A stretch of DNA of 64,000 nucleotides from Candidatus Levyibacteriota bacterium (GCA_027459745.1 DAIDHL010000001.1:77828-141827), one strand, 5' to 3'; counted from the stretch's first letter, positions 1 through 10,257 are shown. A program made the numbers and translations. The notes: generated from the letters alone by a model not told the origin.

Positions 1-1776
1 GATGATGCAGCAGAGATAGTCTTATCTGGTTTAAAATTGTTGGAATATCGTGGTTATGATTCATGGGGTGTGGCAAGTAAAATACAAAATTTAAAATTAA
101 ATGTACTAGATAACAACAAGAGCAAAATCAAATTTCAAATTGATAAACATATTGGAAAGATAGGTGATGCAAAGTTATCCGCAGAATTAAAAAGGTCTTC
201 AAATTTAGCAATTGGTCATACACGTTGGGCGACACACGGAGGAGTGGTGGAAAAAAACGCACATCCTCATTTAGATTGCACGAGGACTATTGCCGTTGTT
301 CATAATGGTATTGTCGAGAATTATATTGACTTAAAAAAGATGCTTCTAAGTAAAGGTCACCAATTTATCTCTGAAACAGATACTGAGGTTATTCCTCATT
401 TAATTGAAGAAAATTTAAAAACTAAAGGATTTGCCAGTTCTGTTAGAGATGCATTTAATCAACTTAAAGGCATGAATGCTATTGTGGTAGCTTATTCATT
501 GTCTTCGGAAATTGTTGCTGCTAAAAATGGCTCTCCATTAGTTGTGGGTAAGACTAAAGATGAATTTATGGTAGCATCTGATACTGCAGGAATTATCAAA
601 TATACTAATCAAGTTCTATTCATCAAAGATAATGAAATGGTTATTTTAGGAAAAGATGTGACGTTGCTGACACTGCCGGATGGCAAAAAAATAAAACCAC
701 AATTCAACAAAATAACTTGGAAAGTTGAAGATGCAACGTTAGGAAAGTATAAGCATTATATGCTTAAAGAAATTTACGAACAATCCAAGGTGATCCGCAA
801 TATTGCGCAAAATTATACACAGCAAATTGAATCAGTTGGCAAGATAATTAAAAAGTCCAAGGGCACATTCTTTATTGGTGCTGGAAGTGCAGCTTATGCC
901 TGTTTAAGCGGCACATACTTTTTTTCTAAAATTGCTCACTTGCATGTTAACATGTCGTCTGCCTCTGAATTTAATTATCTAGAAGATTTTCTTAATAGCA
1001 GAAGTTTAATTATAGCGCTCTCACAGTCCGGCGAAACAATTGATATTGTTGAGCCATTAACCAGAGCAAAAATAAAAAAAAGTAAAATTGTGGCAATTGT
1101 AAATGTGCTAGGTTCTACTCTGTATAGGATGTCCGACTACAAACTGTTATTGGGAGCGGGTCCTGAAAAAGCAGTTGCTTCTACCAAAGCGTATATTGCT
1201 AAATTAGCTGTTTTGTATGCTTTGTCTTATGCTATGGTTGATGAAATTGAAAAAGCAAATCAGGATTTATTGGAGGTAGCTAAAGAAGCTGAAAGAATTT
1301 TGGATGCGAAATATGCTAAACAAATACAAAGAATTGCTCAACAACTTGCGAAAGCTGTACATATCTACACTATTGGACGAGGTGCTTCATATCCGACAGC
1401 TTTGGAAGCTGCCATGAAGATTAAAGAAGTAAGTTATGTACATACCGAAGGTTTGGCAGGTGGAGAATTAAAACATGGACCATTAGCTCTTATTAGTAAA
1501 GGGAGTCCTTGTATTGTATTCGCGCCTGATGATGAAACATACGATGCGATTATTTCCAACGCGACAGAAATTAAATCACGTGGTGGAGTTATCATTGGTG
1601 TTGGCCCTTTAAATAATGACGTATTTGATTATTGGCTAGAAGTGAAAAATATAGGTGAAGCATCCATAATTGCCCAAATTATTCCTATCCAACTATTGGC
1701 CTACCACATGGCTATTATCAAAAAATTAGATCCTGATAAGCCTCGTAACTTAGCAAAGAGTGTGACTGTAAAATAA
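1..1776 (+). CDS. glmS: Glutamine--fructose-6-phosphate aminotransferase (5' end lies outside the window)
   Basis: LEYRGYDS, IGHTRWATHG, HNGIVEN, SQSGET, C-terminal PRNLAKSVTV. The frame is open from base 1 and the catalytic N-terminal Cys is not in the window. Confidence 0.97.
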   Translation, partial: DDAAEIVLSGLKLLEYRGYDSWGVASKIQNLKLNVLDNNKSKIKFQIDKHIGKIGDAKLSAELKRSSNLAIGHTRWATHGGVVEKNAHPHLDCTRTIAVVHNGIVENYIDLKKMLLSKGHQFISETDTEVIPHLIEENLKTKGFASSVRDAFNQLKGMNAIVVAYSLSSEIVAAKNGSPLVVGKTKDEFMVASDTAGIIKYTNQVLFIKDNEMVILGKDVTLLTLPDGKKIKPQFNKITWKVEDATLGKYKHYMLKEIYEQSKVIRNIAQNYTQQIESVGKIIKKSKGTFFIGAGSAAYACLSGTYFFSKIAHLHVNMSSASEFNYLEDFLNSRSLIIALSQSGETIDIVEPLTRAKIKKSKIVAIVNVLGSTLYRMSDYKLLLGAGPEKAVASTKAYIAKLAVLYALSYAMVDEIEKANQDLLEVAKEAERILDAKYAKQIQRIAQQLAKAVHIYTIGRGASYPTALEAAMKIKEVSYVHTEGLAGGELKHGPLALISKGSPCIVFAPDDETYDAIISNATEIKSRGGVIIGVGPLNNDVFDYWLEVKNIGEASIIAQIIPIQLLAYHMAIIKKLDPDKPRNLAKSVTVK

Positions 1777-1929
1777 TTGTGAATAGGTTGGGAATGTAAC
1801 GAATCTTCAAGGCTAATTTGTATCCTATAAAAGATAATTTTCTGAGAAAATAGCTTCGAATTTAAATAAAGATTAGTTGTGTTATCGCAGTGGCGAGTGT
1901 ATAATTGCTAGGTTAAGCATTATTTTTCT

Positions 1930-2949
1930 ATGGCACAACTTCTTGGACTGATCTTATTGTCATTAGTTATTTCTGCGATTTTGATCGTTCCTTTCATCGA
2001 CTTTTTGTATCGCATTAAACTGCAAAGGCAAAAACAGGTGACAAAGGATATGTTCAATAATCATACCCCGATTTTTGATAAATACAACGCATGGAAAGTT
2101 GGAACACCTTTTGGTGGTGGTATTCTGATCATTCTAATCGTGTCAATTATCACTCTATGGGCATATGGTATCTTTGGTACTCAAGTTAATCCTTGGGAAG
2201 CATTTGTCATCTTTTTTACACTAATCAGTTTTGGTTTATTGGGTTTATATGATGATATGAAAAAGTTAGTCAATGGAGATGGCAAGAATTCTTTCTGGGG
2301 GTTACGTTTTCGTCATAAATTTATCATCCAGTGGATTTTGGCTTTAATTATTGCCACCATATTTTATACTCAGCTCAAATACGCATTTATCTTCGTACAC
2401 GGTTTTGGCACACTTAGGTTAGAGTTCTTTTTTATTCCATTTGCTGCGTTTATTATAGTTGCATTTGCTAATGCTTTTAACGTCACTGATGGGTTGGATG
2501 GCCTGGCACCTGGTTCTCTACTTATTTGTTTATTGGCATTTTTGACAATTAGTTTACAGCAGGTAGACCAACCCTTAGGAATATTTATTGCCGTATTAAT
2601 CGGATCGATAATGGCATTTTTGTATTTCAATATATATAAAGCCAGAATATGGTTGGGAGATGTTGGTTCGCTATCTTTAGGTGCATCTCTAGCCGTCATA
2701 GGTTTGTTAAGTGGCAAGACATTGGCTTTGGTAGTAATAGGAGGTGTGTTTGTCATTGAAATCACATCTTCATTGATTCAGGTTTTAAGTAAAAAATATT
2801 GGGGAAGAAAGGTTTTTCCAGCCGCCCCCCTGCATTTATGGTTGTTAAAAAGAGGATGGGAAGAGCCAAAAGTTGTCATGCGAGTGTGGTTGGTAGGTAT
2901 ATTTTTTGCTATTTTAGGTTTGTATATCGCTTTTATCGGACAACCCTAG
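1930..2949 (+). CDS. mraY: Phospho-N-acetylmuramoyl-pentapeptide transferase
   Basis: GTPFGGG, GLYDD, NAFNVTDGLDGLA, WLGDVGS, APLH; polytopic membrane protein in dcw context. Confidence 0.95.
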   Translation: MAQLLGLILLSLVISAILIVPFIDFLYRIKLQRQKQVTKDMFNNHTPIFDKYNAWKVGTPFGGGILIILIVSIITLWAYGIFGTQVNPWEAFVIFFTLISFGLLGLYDDMKKLVNGDGKNSFWGLRFRHKFIIQWILALIIATIFYTQLKYAFIFVHGFGTLRLEFFFIPFAAFIIVAFANAFNVTDGLDGLAPGSLLICLLAFLTISLQQVDQPLGIFIAVLIGSIMAFLYFNIYKARIWLGDVGSLSLGASLAVIGLLSGKTLALVVIGGVFVIEITSSLIQVLSKKYWGRKVFPAAPLHLWLLKRGWEEPKVVMRVWLVGIFFAILGLYIAFIGQP

Positions 2950-3042
2950 GTATACTCTGTAACAGAAATATTTTGTGGTTGTAATAATATTTTGCTTCTT
3001 TGCCCTTGTTGCTTAGCTGTAACCTCTTTATAATGAATATAG

Positions 3043-4119
3043 ATGAAAAAATTTGATTCTATTTTGCTGCTTATAACCATAGGCTTAACTCTTTTTGGTT
3101 TATTGATGATTTATGATGCATCTTCAGTAATTGCTTATCGTGATTTTCACGGAGATTCATTCCATTATATCCGTGAACAGTTAGTTTGGGCGTTGCTAGG
3201 CATTGTGCTCTTATTTATATTTACCAAAATAAGTTATAAATTTTTTTTCAACTTTTCACCTATTCTACTTGTATCCTCGATTGTAATGTTAATTTTGGTA
3301 TTTATTCCCGGTGTGGGTATAAATGAGCTGGGGGCTAGTAGGTGGATAAACCTGCATGTGTTTGTTTTTCAACCGACTGAGTTTGTAAAATTATCCTTAG
3401 CAATTTATTTGGCGGCTTGGTTTTCACAAAAAGAGAAAGGTAGATTTTGGGCATTCAGCCTACTTATTGGTTTTGTAATGCTGCTGATCATGTTACAGCC
3501 GGATATGGGAACTGGCATGATTATTTTTGCTGAGGCTTTTACGATTTATGTATTATCAGGTGGAGATGTGAAATATTTTTATATCGTAGCACCCATATTG
3601 GCGGTAGTAGGTTTTCTGCTTATTAAAATTGCTCCTTACCGAGCTGCACGTTTGACTTCATTTTTGTCGGTCGACAATTCTATATCTTCAGCGTCTTATC
3701 ACATGAAACAGATTCTAATTGCTTTTGGATCAGGAGGCATATTTGGGGTAGGATTAGGTAATTCACTGCAAAAATACGCATATCTGCCCGAAAATGTAAC
3801 TGACTCTATTTTTGCTATCATTGCTGAAGAATTAGGCTATATCGGTTGTATTGTGCTTATACTGGTATATGTGATTTTTATCTGGCATGGATTTATGATA
3901 TCCGCTAAGGCTAAGGATCCCTTTGGTAAACTGCTTGCAGCTGGAATAACAGTTTTCATTGGAATCCAAGTACTGATAAATATGGCATCGATGACAGCTT
4001 TGCTGCCTTTGACTGGTGTCCCTTTACCATTCGTTTCGTATGGAGGATCAGCGTTAGTGGTAGATTTAGTAGCTATAGGAATTCTACTGAATATTTCTTC
4101 TAGTCTGGAAAAGAGATAA
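3043..4119 (+). CDS. ftsW: SEDS peptidoglycan glycosyltransferase FtsW
   Basis: GASRWI, FQPTEFVK, QPDMGT, YLPENVTDSIFAIIAEELG, LPLTGVPLPFVSYGGS; between mraY and murG. Confidence 0.93.
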   Translation: MKKFDSILLLITIGLTLFGLLMIYDASSVIAYRDFHGDSFHYIREQLVWALLGIVLLFIFTKISYKFFFNFSPILLVSSIVMLILVFIPGVGINELGASRWINLHVFVFQPTEFVKLSLAIYLAAWFSQKEKGRFWAFSLLIGFVMLLIMLQPDMGTGMIIFAEAFTIYVLSGGDVKYFYIVAPILAVVGFLLIKIAPYRAARLTSFLSVDNSISSASYHMKQILIAFGSGGIFGVGLGNSLQKYAYLPENVTDSIFAIIAEELGYIGCIVLILVYVIFIWHGFMISAKAKDPFGKLLAAGITVFIGIQVLINMASMTALLPLTGVPLPFVSYGGSALVVDLVAIGILLNISSSLEKR

Positions 4120-4146
4120 ATATAGTTTATAATAATTAACATAAAT

Positions 4147-5280
4147 ATGAAAATAGCTTTAATTGGAGGTCATTTATCACCTGCTTTAGCATTTTTACAG
4201 CAGATTTCTCCTAAAGATGAAATATTTTTTATTGGTAAGAAATATACATTTGAAGGTGATAAATCATTGTCACTTGAATATACTATAATGCAGCAGAAGA
4301 GAATTAAATTTTTTTCACTCACTACAGGACGATTGCAACGTCGTTTGACACGTCATACATTGTCATCTATGAGCAAATTTCCTTACGGTTATCTACAAGC
4401 ATTAAATTTCTTGATGCGTTACCGTCCGGCAGTTGTGGTGGGTTTTGGAGGATATTTATCAGTGCCAGTTTGTTTAGCCGCAAGATCACTGAGAATCCCA
4501 GTAGTTATACATGAACAAACTACTCGGGCCGGAATGGCAAATAAATTGATTGGACGCTTTGCTCTGAAGATTTGTGTTTCATGGGAGTCATCATTAGTAT
4601 ATTTTCCCAAGAAACGCACTGTATTGACGGGCAATCTAATTCGTCAGGAAATAGTAGAGATGATTGAATCAGTTAAGAAAAATAAACTGAAGAAACAAGG
4701 TAAGCGAATTATCTATATCACAGGCGGCAGCTCTGGCTCACATGCTATTAACGTAATTATTGAGAATAGTTTAAAGGAATTGTTAAAAAAATATATTCTT
4801 ATCCACCAGACTGGTAACAATCAGCAATTTGCTGATTTTGAGCGATTATCCGAGGAAAAAAATAAACTTCCCCAAGGAATAGCAAAAAACTATGAACTGC
4901 TAAGATTTGTAGTACCAGAAAAAATTGCTGAAGTATATGCTCGAAGTGATTTAGTGATCGGTCGTTGTGGAGGAAATACGATGACGGAATTATTGTTATT
5001 AAATAAGCCGTGCTTATTGATTCCTTTGGAATCTGGACAGAAAGGTGAGCAGTTGGAGAATGCTACCTATATTAAAAATAGTGGGTTGGGAGAAGTGTTG
5101 CTGCAGGATGCAGCTACGCCGACTGTTTTCCAGCAAATCGTTGAAGAGATGATGGATAATTTAGATAACTATCAAGTAAAACAAATAGATTTAAACATCC
5201 ATAAAAATGCGGCTAAAAAAATGTATGAGATAGTAAGAGAGGTTTATGAAAAAAAAGCCAGTCAAAAATCGCAAAATTGA
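4147..5280 (+). CDS. murG: MurG GlcNAc transferase
   Basis: GGHLSP, GFGGYLSVP, IHEQ, TGNLIR, TGGSSGS, EQLENA. Confidence 0.93.
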   Translation: MKIALIGGHLSPALAFLQQISPKDEIFFIGKKYTFEGDKSLSLEYTIMQQKRIKFFSLTTGRLQRRLTRHTLSSMSKFPYGYLQALNFLMRYRPAVVVGFGGYLSVPVCLAARSLRIPVVIHEQTTRAGMANKLIGRFALKICVSWESSLVYFPKKRTVLTGNLIRQEIVEMIESVKKNKLKKQGKRIIYITGGSSGSHAINVIIENSLKELLKKYILIHQTGNNQQFADFERLSEEKNKLPQGIAKNYELLRFVVPEKIAEVYARSDLVIGRCGGNTMTELLLLNKPCLLIPLESGQKGEQLENATYIKNSGLGEVLLQDAATPTVFQQIVEEMMDNLDNYQVKQIDLNIHKNAAKKMYEIVREVYEKKASQKSQN

Positions 5281-5692
5281 AACGCGTAACAAAAAAATTT
5301 TCATTGTCTCATGTGTGCTGGGATTGATATTAATCAGTGCTTCCTTGGTAGTCAGTGTGTACATTTTTTTACGCAAAGCTCCTTACTTATCGCCATCAGC
5401 TAAGATGGTTATAACTCAATCAAATAATAAAGTATCTTCGATGTTAGATGCTCAGGCAGAAATAGAAAATTTACTTAATCAAAATAAAATAAACTATGCT
5501 AGTATTGATAAAATCGATGATGCTACGTATATTATTACGATTGATGGGGATGAGAAAGTAATTGTTGACCCCCAAACAAACTTGGCTATGCAAATAGCCT
5601 CTTTACAACTCATAACGTCACGCCTTACAATGGAAGGGAAGAGGTTTTCTCGCCTCGATTTGCGCGATGAAAAACCTGTTATTACTTTTTGA
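5246..5692 (+). CDS. Small bitopic FtsQ/DivIB-like protein
   Basis: Basic N-terminus, single TM, C-terminal LDLRDEKPVI resembling the FtsQ DLR strand; sits between murG and ftsA. Confidence 0.6.
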   Translation: MKKKPVKNRKIETRNKKIFIVSCVLGLILISASLVVSVYIFLRKAPYLSPSAKMVITQSNNKVSSMLDAQAEIENLLNQNKINYASIDKIDDATYIITIDGDEKVIVDPQTNLAMQIASLQLITSRLTMEGKRFSRLDLRDEKPVITF

Positions 5693-5717
5693 TTGTTGGT
5701 TAGTTATTTAATTTATT

Positions 5718-7022
5718 ATGGAAGGGAAAATTGTAGTTGCAATAGATGTAGGAAGTTACAAAATCGTAAGTGTGATCGTCAGAGTAGACGAATCTATTAA
5801 CGTTTTAGGTGTGTCTGAAGTTAAATCTTCTGGTATTCGCAAGGGGCAAATTGTTGATATTGAAGATGCAGTCAATGCCATTAATACTTCATTAGAAGCT
5901 GCAGAACGGATGGCTGGTTACTCAGCTTCACATGTAGTAGTTTCTATAGGAGGTAGTCAAATTGAATCTCAAAACTCTCGTGGTGTCGTTGCCGTAGCTA
6001 ATCAAAACGGTGAAATTACTGAGAATGATTTAGCTCGTGTTATTGATGCAGCTAGAGCTATCTCTATGCCCTCGACACGGGAGATCATTCACGTTTTGCC
6101 ACGAAATTATATTGTGGATGGACAAGAAGGAATTAAAGATCCAATTGGTATGTCTGGGGTGCGCCTAGAGGTCGACACGCATATCATTTCGGCAAATAGT
6201 ATTTCTGTAAGAAATTTGGAAAAAGCCTTTTCTGAAGTCGGCGTAGATGTGACGAATTTTGTTTTTAATGGATATGCCAGTTCTCAGTCCGTATTAACTG
6301 ACACGGAAAAGGAATTAGGAGTGATTTTAGTTGATATCGGTGCAGCTACAACGGATATTTCCATTTACACGGAGGGTTCCATTAGTTATTCTTCAGTTTT
6401 AGCTATCGGTGCTAGACATATAACCAATGATTTAGCAATTGGCTTGCGTATTTCTTTGGAAAGTGCAGAGAAAATCAAGCTTTATTTAACTCATTTAGCT
6501 AGCAAGCGAGCACGCCAAGTGCAGCTAGAGGAAGTAGCAGCCGAAGGTAAGAAGAGAGAAAGGCCCTCTGACGAAATTGATTTGTCGAGTTTAAATTTGC
6601 CAGAAGAATTGCGAATGGTATCACAGAAAACTCTCATCGAAGGAATTATTAGACCACGCTTAAATGAGATTTTTACTATGATTGGTCTGGAGATTAAAAA
6701 GAGTGGTTTTGGGGGACAAACGCCGGCAGGAATCGTCATTACTGGCGGAGGAGCATTAACCGTAGGAGTAAAGGAATCTGCCAAACGCATTTTGGCAATG
6801 CCAGTACGCACAGGTGGACCAAATAATATTAAAGGCATCATTGATGAAGTACAAAGTCCAGCTTTTGCTACAGTTATTGGTTTGACTTTGTCCACTAGTG
6901 GAGGAGAAAGCGCCAGCAATAAAGGTTTGAATCTGGGAAATTTCAAAGTTGGTCTGTCGATGGGTGGAAGTACAAAAATTGTGAAGAAAATTTTCTCTTT
7001 GATCAAATCTTTCATGCCTTAA
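5718..7022 (+). CDS. ftsA: Cell division protein FtsA
   Basis: AIDVGSYKI, PIGMSGVRLEV, VDIGAATTD, ITNDLAIGL, ITGGGA, C-terminal amphipathic helix. Confidence 0.96.
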   Translation: MEGKIVVAIDVGSYKIVSVIVRVDESINVLGVSEVKSSGIRKGQIVDIEDAVNAINTSLEAAERMAGYSASHVVVSIGGSQIESQNSRGVVAVANQNGEITENDLARVIDAARAISMPSTREIIHVLPRNYIVDGQEGIKDPIGMSGVRLEVDTHIISANSISVRNLEKAFSEVGVDVTNFVFNGYASSQSVLTDTEKELGVILVDIGAATTDISIYTEGSISYSSVLAIGARHITNDLAIGLRISLESAEKIKLYLTHLASKRARQVQLEEVAAEGKKRERPSDEIDLSSLNLPEELRMVSQKTLIEGIIRPRLNEIFTMIGLEIKKSGFGGQTPAGIVITGGGALTVGVKESAKRILAMPVRTGGPNNIKGIIDEVQSPAFATVIGLTLSTSGGESASNKGLNLGNFKVGLSMGGSTKIVKKIFSLIKSFMP

Positions 7023-7114
7023 TCAAATAATAGAATTTTTAAGTAGTTTTTTGTTTCTTTTTGTTGCTGGCTTAACTTGCAATTAAATCTTCTATCTGCT
7101 AGGATTTGTCCAAC

Positions 7115-8341
7115 ATGTTGATAAGACCTCAAACCTCAAATTTCGCCAAAATCAGAGTTATCGGAGTAGGTGGTGGAGGAGGAAACGCTGTTAATTCAAT
7201 GATCGCTAATGGAAACATTCAGGGAGTGGATTTTGTAGCCATGAATACTGATGCACAAGCTCTATTGCGGAACAACTCAGAGACCAAAATTCAAATTGGA
7301 GAGCAGTATACAAAAGGATTAGGTTCAGGTGGAGATCCTGAAACAGGTCGACAGGCTGCTGAAGAATCTGCTGAAAAAATTAAACAAACCCTACAAGGTT
7401 CTGATATGGTTTTCATAACAGCTGGTATGGGTGGAGGAACAGGGACAGGTGCTGCTCCAGTTGTGGCACAGATTGCTAAAGAGGTTGGAGCATTAACAGT
7501 AGCTGTTGTTACCAAACCATTTTCTTTTGAAGGCACACGCCGTATGGTCGCTGCTGAAGAAGGAATTGAGAATATAAAAGATAAAGTCGACACATTAATT
7601 GTTATTCCAAATCAACGTATACTGGACGTGGTAGATCGCAAACTTTCATTGTTGGAGGCTTTTAAAGTAGCAGATTCTGTTTTGAATCAGGGAGTACAAG
7701 GCATCTCGGAAATTATTACTTTGCCCGGGTTGATTAATGTAGACTTTGCTGATGTAAAAGCTATCATGGCTAACGCTGGCTCTGCCTTGATGGGTATTGG
7801 TATAGCCGAAGGCGAAAATCGTGCTCAAGCTGCAGCCAGAGCTGCCATTGCTTCGCCATTGTTAGAAATTTCGATGGAAGGGGCACGTGGAGTATTATTT
7901 AATATTGTTGGGGGCAATGATTTGACTATGACAGAGGTGGACGAGGCAGCTAAGATCATAGCTAGTTCTGCTGATCCGGATGCCAATATTATTTTTGGAG
8001 CTACGATCGATGAAACAATGAATAGTTCACTTCGCATTACAGTTGTAGCGACAGGTTTTGATAATTCAAAACAACACTTACAGCAATTTATGATGCCGCC
8101 AACAAATCGGTGGGTTAATGAAGAAAAAACACAACCTTCTGCACAACCACCACAAAATGTGAATCAAGCTCCTGCAAGTAGCAATAATCCACCTTTACCC
8201 AATCCATTTTTGAATAATGGTAACGTTATGAATAACAATAGTAATAATAATCAAAATTCCGCTCCACAGCAAAATGGACATGAAGAGGCTTCAGATGAGG
8301 ATGCATGGGATATTCCCGCATTTCTAAGGCAGAAAAATTAA
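7115..8341 (+). CDS. ftsZ: Cell division protein FtsZ
   Basis: [19 protein letters not shown] tubulin motif, INVDFAD, C-terminal DIPAFLR. ATG 7115 preferred over TTG 7106. Confidence 0.98.
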   Translation: MLIRPQTSNFAKIRVIGVGGGGGNAVNSMIANGNIQGVDFVAMNTDAQALLRNNSETKIQIGEQYTKGLGSGGDPETGRQAAEESAEKIKQTLQGSDMVFITAGMGGGTGTGAAPVVAQIAKEVGALTVAVVTKPFSFEGTRRMVAAEEGIENIKDKVDTLIVIPNQRILDVVDRKLSLLEAFKVADSVLNQGVQGISEIITLPGLINVDFADVKAIMANAGSALMGIGIAEGENRAQAAARAAIASPLLEISMEGARGVLFNIVGGNDLTMTEVDEAAKIIASSADPDANIIFGATIDETMNSSLRITVVATGFDNSKQHLQQFMMPPTNRWVNEEKTQPSAQPPQNVNQAPASSNNPPLPNPFLNNGNVMNNNSNNNQNSAPQQNGHEEASDEDAWDIPAFLRQKN

Positions 8342-8364
8342 GCTTTTAACTTCAACTCTCTATT

Positions 8365-8390
8365 AAGCACCTTAGAAGGGTGTTTTTTTT
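8365..8390 (+). terminator. Intrinsic terminator after ftsZ
   Basis: AAGCACCTT-aga-AGGGTGTTT hairpin followed by a T run. Confidence 0.75.
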
Positions 8391-8582
8391 GTATAAAATT
8401 TTTTAGCTATCCCGAGAGAACATCTGGAAGCAAGTGTAATTTTCTATTCTTTAAAATTCATTTACTAGTATTAGGAAGGGAATATTTAATGAAGAGAGAG
8501 TATGCCGATCTTATACGAAATAAAGTCCTGTTTGGCAGACTGATTTTAAAGTAAAAAGAAAACAAATGATATAATTATTATT

Positions 8583-8655
8583 GATGCGGTAGCCGAGTCA
8601 GTTCAGGCGACTGTCTGCAAGACAGTAAACGTAGGTGCAATTCCTTCCCGCATCT
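8583..8655 (+). tRNA. tRNA-Cys(GCA), atypical
   Basis: Acceptor GATGCGG/CCGCATC, D stem GCC/GGC, anticodon arm ACTGT-CTGCAAG-ACAGT, U73 discriminator. T loop is TGCAATT and CCA is not encoded. Confidence 0.88.
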
Positions 8656-8659
8656 CATT

Positions 8660-9691
8660 ATGCAACAAGACATACAAAATTTTCTTACTCAGCTGTTAAC
8701 AAAAAGTGGTAACCATACATTGACTGAGCATGAGCAATCACTTTTACAAGACACAGGCATAGAAGGATTTATTTATGCAAAATTGACAAGTAAAAAATTT
8801 CGTAAGTCTAAGATGGATGATGCTTGTGTGGTACGAACAAAAAAGGCTATTTCAATAGCTATACAAAAAAATAAGCCAATCAATGTATTTTATCCACAAG
8901 GAGGATATAAGTTATGGCGTTTCCCTTCTTCACCAACTGTGGATTGGGCTGAATTCTTTAATATTTCTTATGTACTTAAATATGTTGCACCTGTTGCTGC
9001 TGCATATAAACCAGGAGTAAATCTTACATATTACATGCATACATTCCTTATGGAGCTACACGATAACTTAACGACTGAAGAAATAAAAAAGTATGTTGAT
9101 TCCTTTGAAGCACTTCTTACAGAGTTTCGCAAATATCTCCCGGCTAATATAACTATTTCGATTCTTCGTGATGCAGATATTTACTCAAAAGATAAGTATT
9201 TTAAAGCACTTGAAGAAGGAAAATCGCAAGCAGAAAAAGAATATGTAACATGGAGTCAAGCACAAAAAAATGACTTTGCTCGCATGGCTCGGTTGAATAT
9301 AAAATGGAATGGAAAAGAAGATTGGACAAAGCTATCTGAAAAAGAAAAAGGAGAAAAAATATACTTAGCGGCACTTTATGAATCAGCTGCTAGCTCAAAC
9401 TTGCCTAAGGTAGCTGAACTAGTAAAATCACCTGATAAAATATTAGTCTTCACAAAAGGTAGTGCAATGTTTATTGGCATTGGCAGTACAAAGACATCAA
9501 TTGCAAAATACTGGGTTGGTTTTGGTGTACTTGAACAAAAATCATCCTCCTATTTGCCTTTTGTATTAACCCCAAGCCAATACGAAAAAGCAATAAAGGT
9601 ACAATATAAGCGAATTCCTATAGAGGTGATTTCCTTATCCAATTTTTCTGAAATTCTTTTATTTGAAAACCTTTGGAGTTATGTTTTGTAA
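8660..9691 (+). CDS. Hypothetical protein, distant isonitrile synthase (PvcA/Dit1)-like
   Basis: PINVFYPQGGYK...PTVDWAE...YKPGVNL spacing mirrors the PI.F.LPAFP.K...PD.AE...Y.PG pattern of PvcA/Dit1; strong 343-aa ORF. Confidence 0.5.
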   Translation: MQQDIQNFLTQLLTKSGNHTLTEHEQSLLQDTGIEGFIYAKLTSKKFRKSKMDDACVVRTKKAISIAIQKNKPINVFYPQGGYKLWRFPSSPTVDWAEFFNISYVLKYVAPVAAAYKPGVNLTYYMHTFLMELHDNLTTEEIKKYVDSFEALLTEFRKYLPANITISILRDADIYSKDKYFKALEEGKSQAEKEYVTWSQAQKNDFARMARLNIKWNGKEDWTKLSEKEKGEKIYLAALYESAASSNLPKVAELVKSPDKILVFTKGSAMFIGIGSTKTSIAKYWVGFGVLEQKSSSYLPFVLTPSQYEKAIKVQYKRIPIEVISLSNFSEILLFENLWSYVL

Positions 9692-9805
9692 AGTTTGAGT
9701 AACCCAGGGTAGAGACTCAGATAATATATAAGAGATCTTTTGAATCAACATCGACTATTGTGGAAACCTAAATCTAATAGAAGATGTTATTTAATACCAG
9801 TGATA

Positions 9806-10257
9806 CTAGAAATTTTCATCAATCCTAGAGAATTGTTTTTTTAGTTTTTTTGATATCAAGTTGATTTTAGATTTAGTTATATTTTTATCGAGTGAGCTAT
9901 TTAAAAGTGAGAAGATTCTATAACCCTATATTCATATGCCAGACTCTTAGGTTTGGGAATTATGTGGATATGCAAGTGCCTTTCTGTCTCAGAAAAACAG
10001 CCTAAATATTCTTTTTTCGACCGAAATGTCTCATGTATAATCTTAATGGATATGGTTTGTATTAAATTTAGTTCGTTTATTTCATCTGGGATCAATTCAT
10101 GCAATGCTTCTGCATGCCTCTTCAGTACAATGACTATCCAACCCGAAATCGTAGTTGGGTAAGCATGATCAACGATCCAATACTTGCCATTATAGATAAC
10201 TGGACCTGGGGAAAATAACTTTTTACCGGTAAGAGATTCACAAACCTTACAAAGCAT
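9806..10257 (-). pseudogene. HIT-family hydrolase with apparent frameshift near 9925
   Basis: CxxC, KRHAE, HLHIHIIP HIT motif. Called ORF ends at 9901, but the alternative frame continues RGYRIFSLL...KLKKQF to a stop at 9806. Confidence 0.65.

Noticed and set aside
8200-8260. AAT-rich repeat in ftsZ
   Set aside because: Encodes the Asn-rich disordered linker; not an independent repeat element
8489-8554. 21-codon ORF MKREYADLIRNKVLFGRLILK upstream of the tRNA-Cys
   Set aside because: Too short, with no supporting motif
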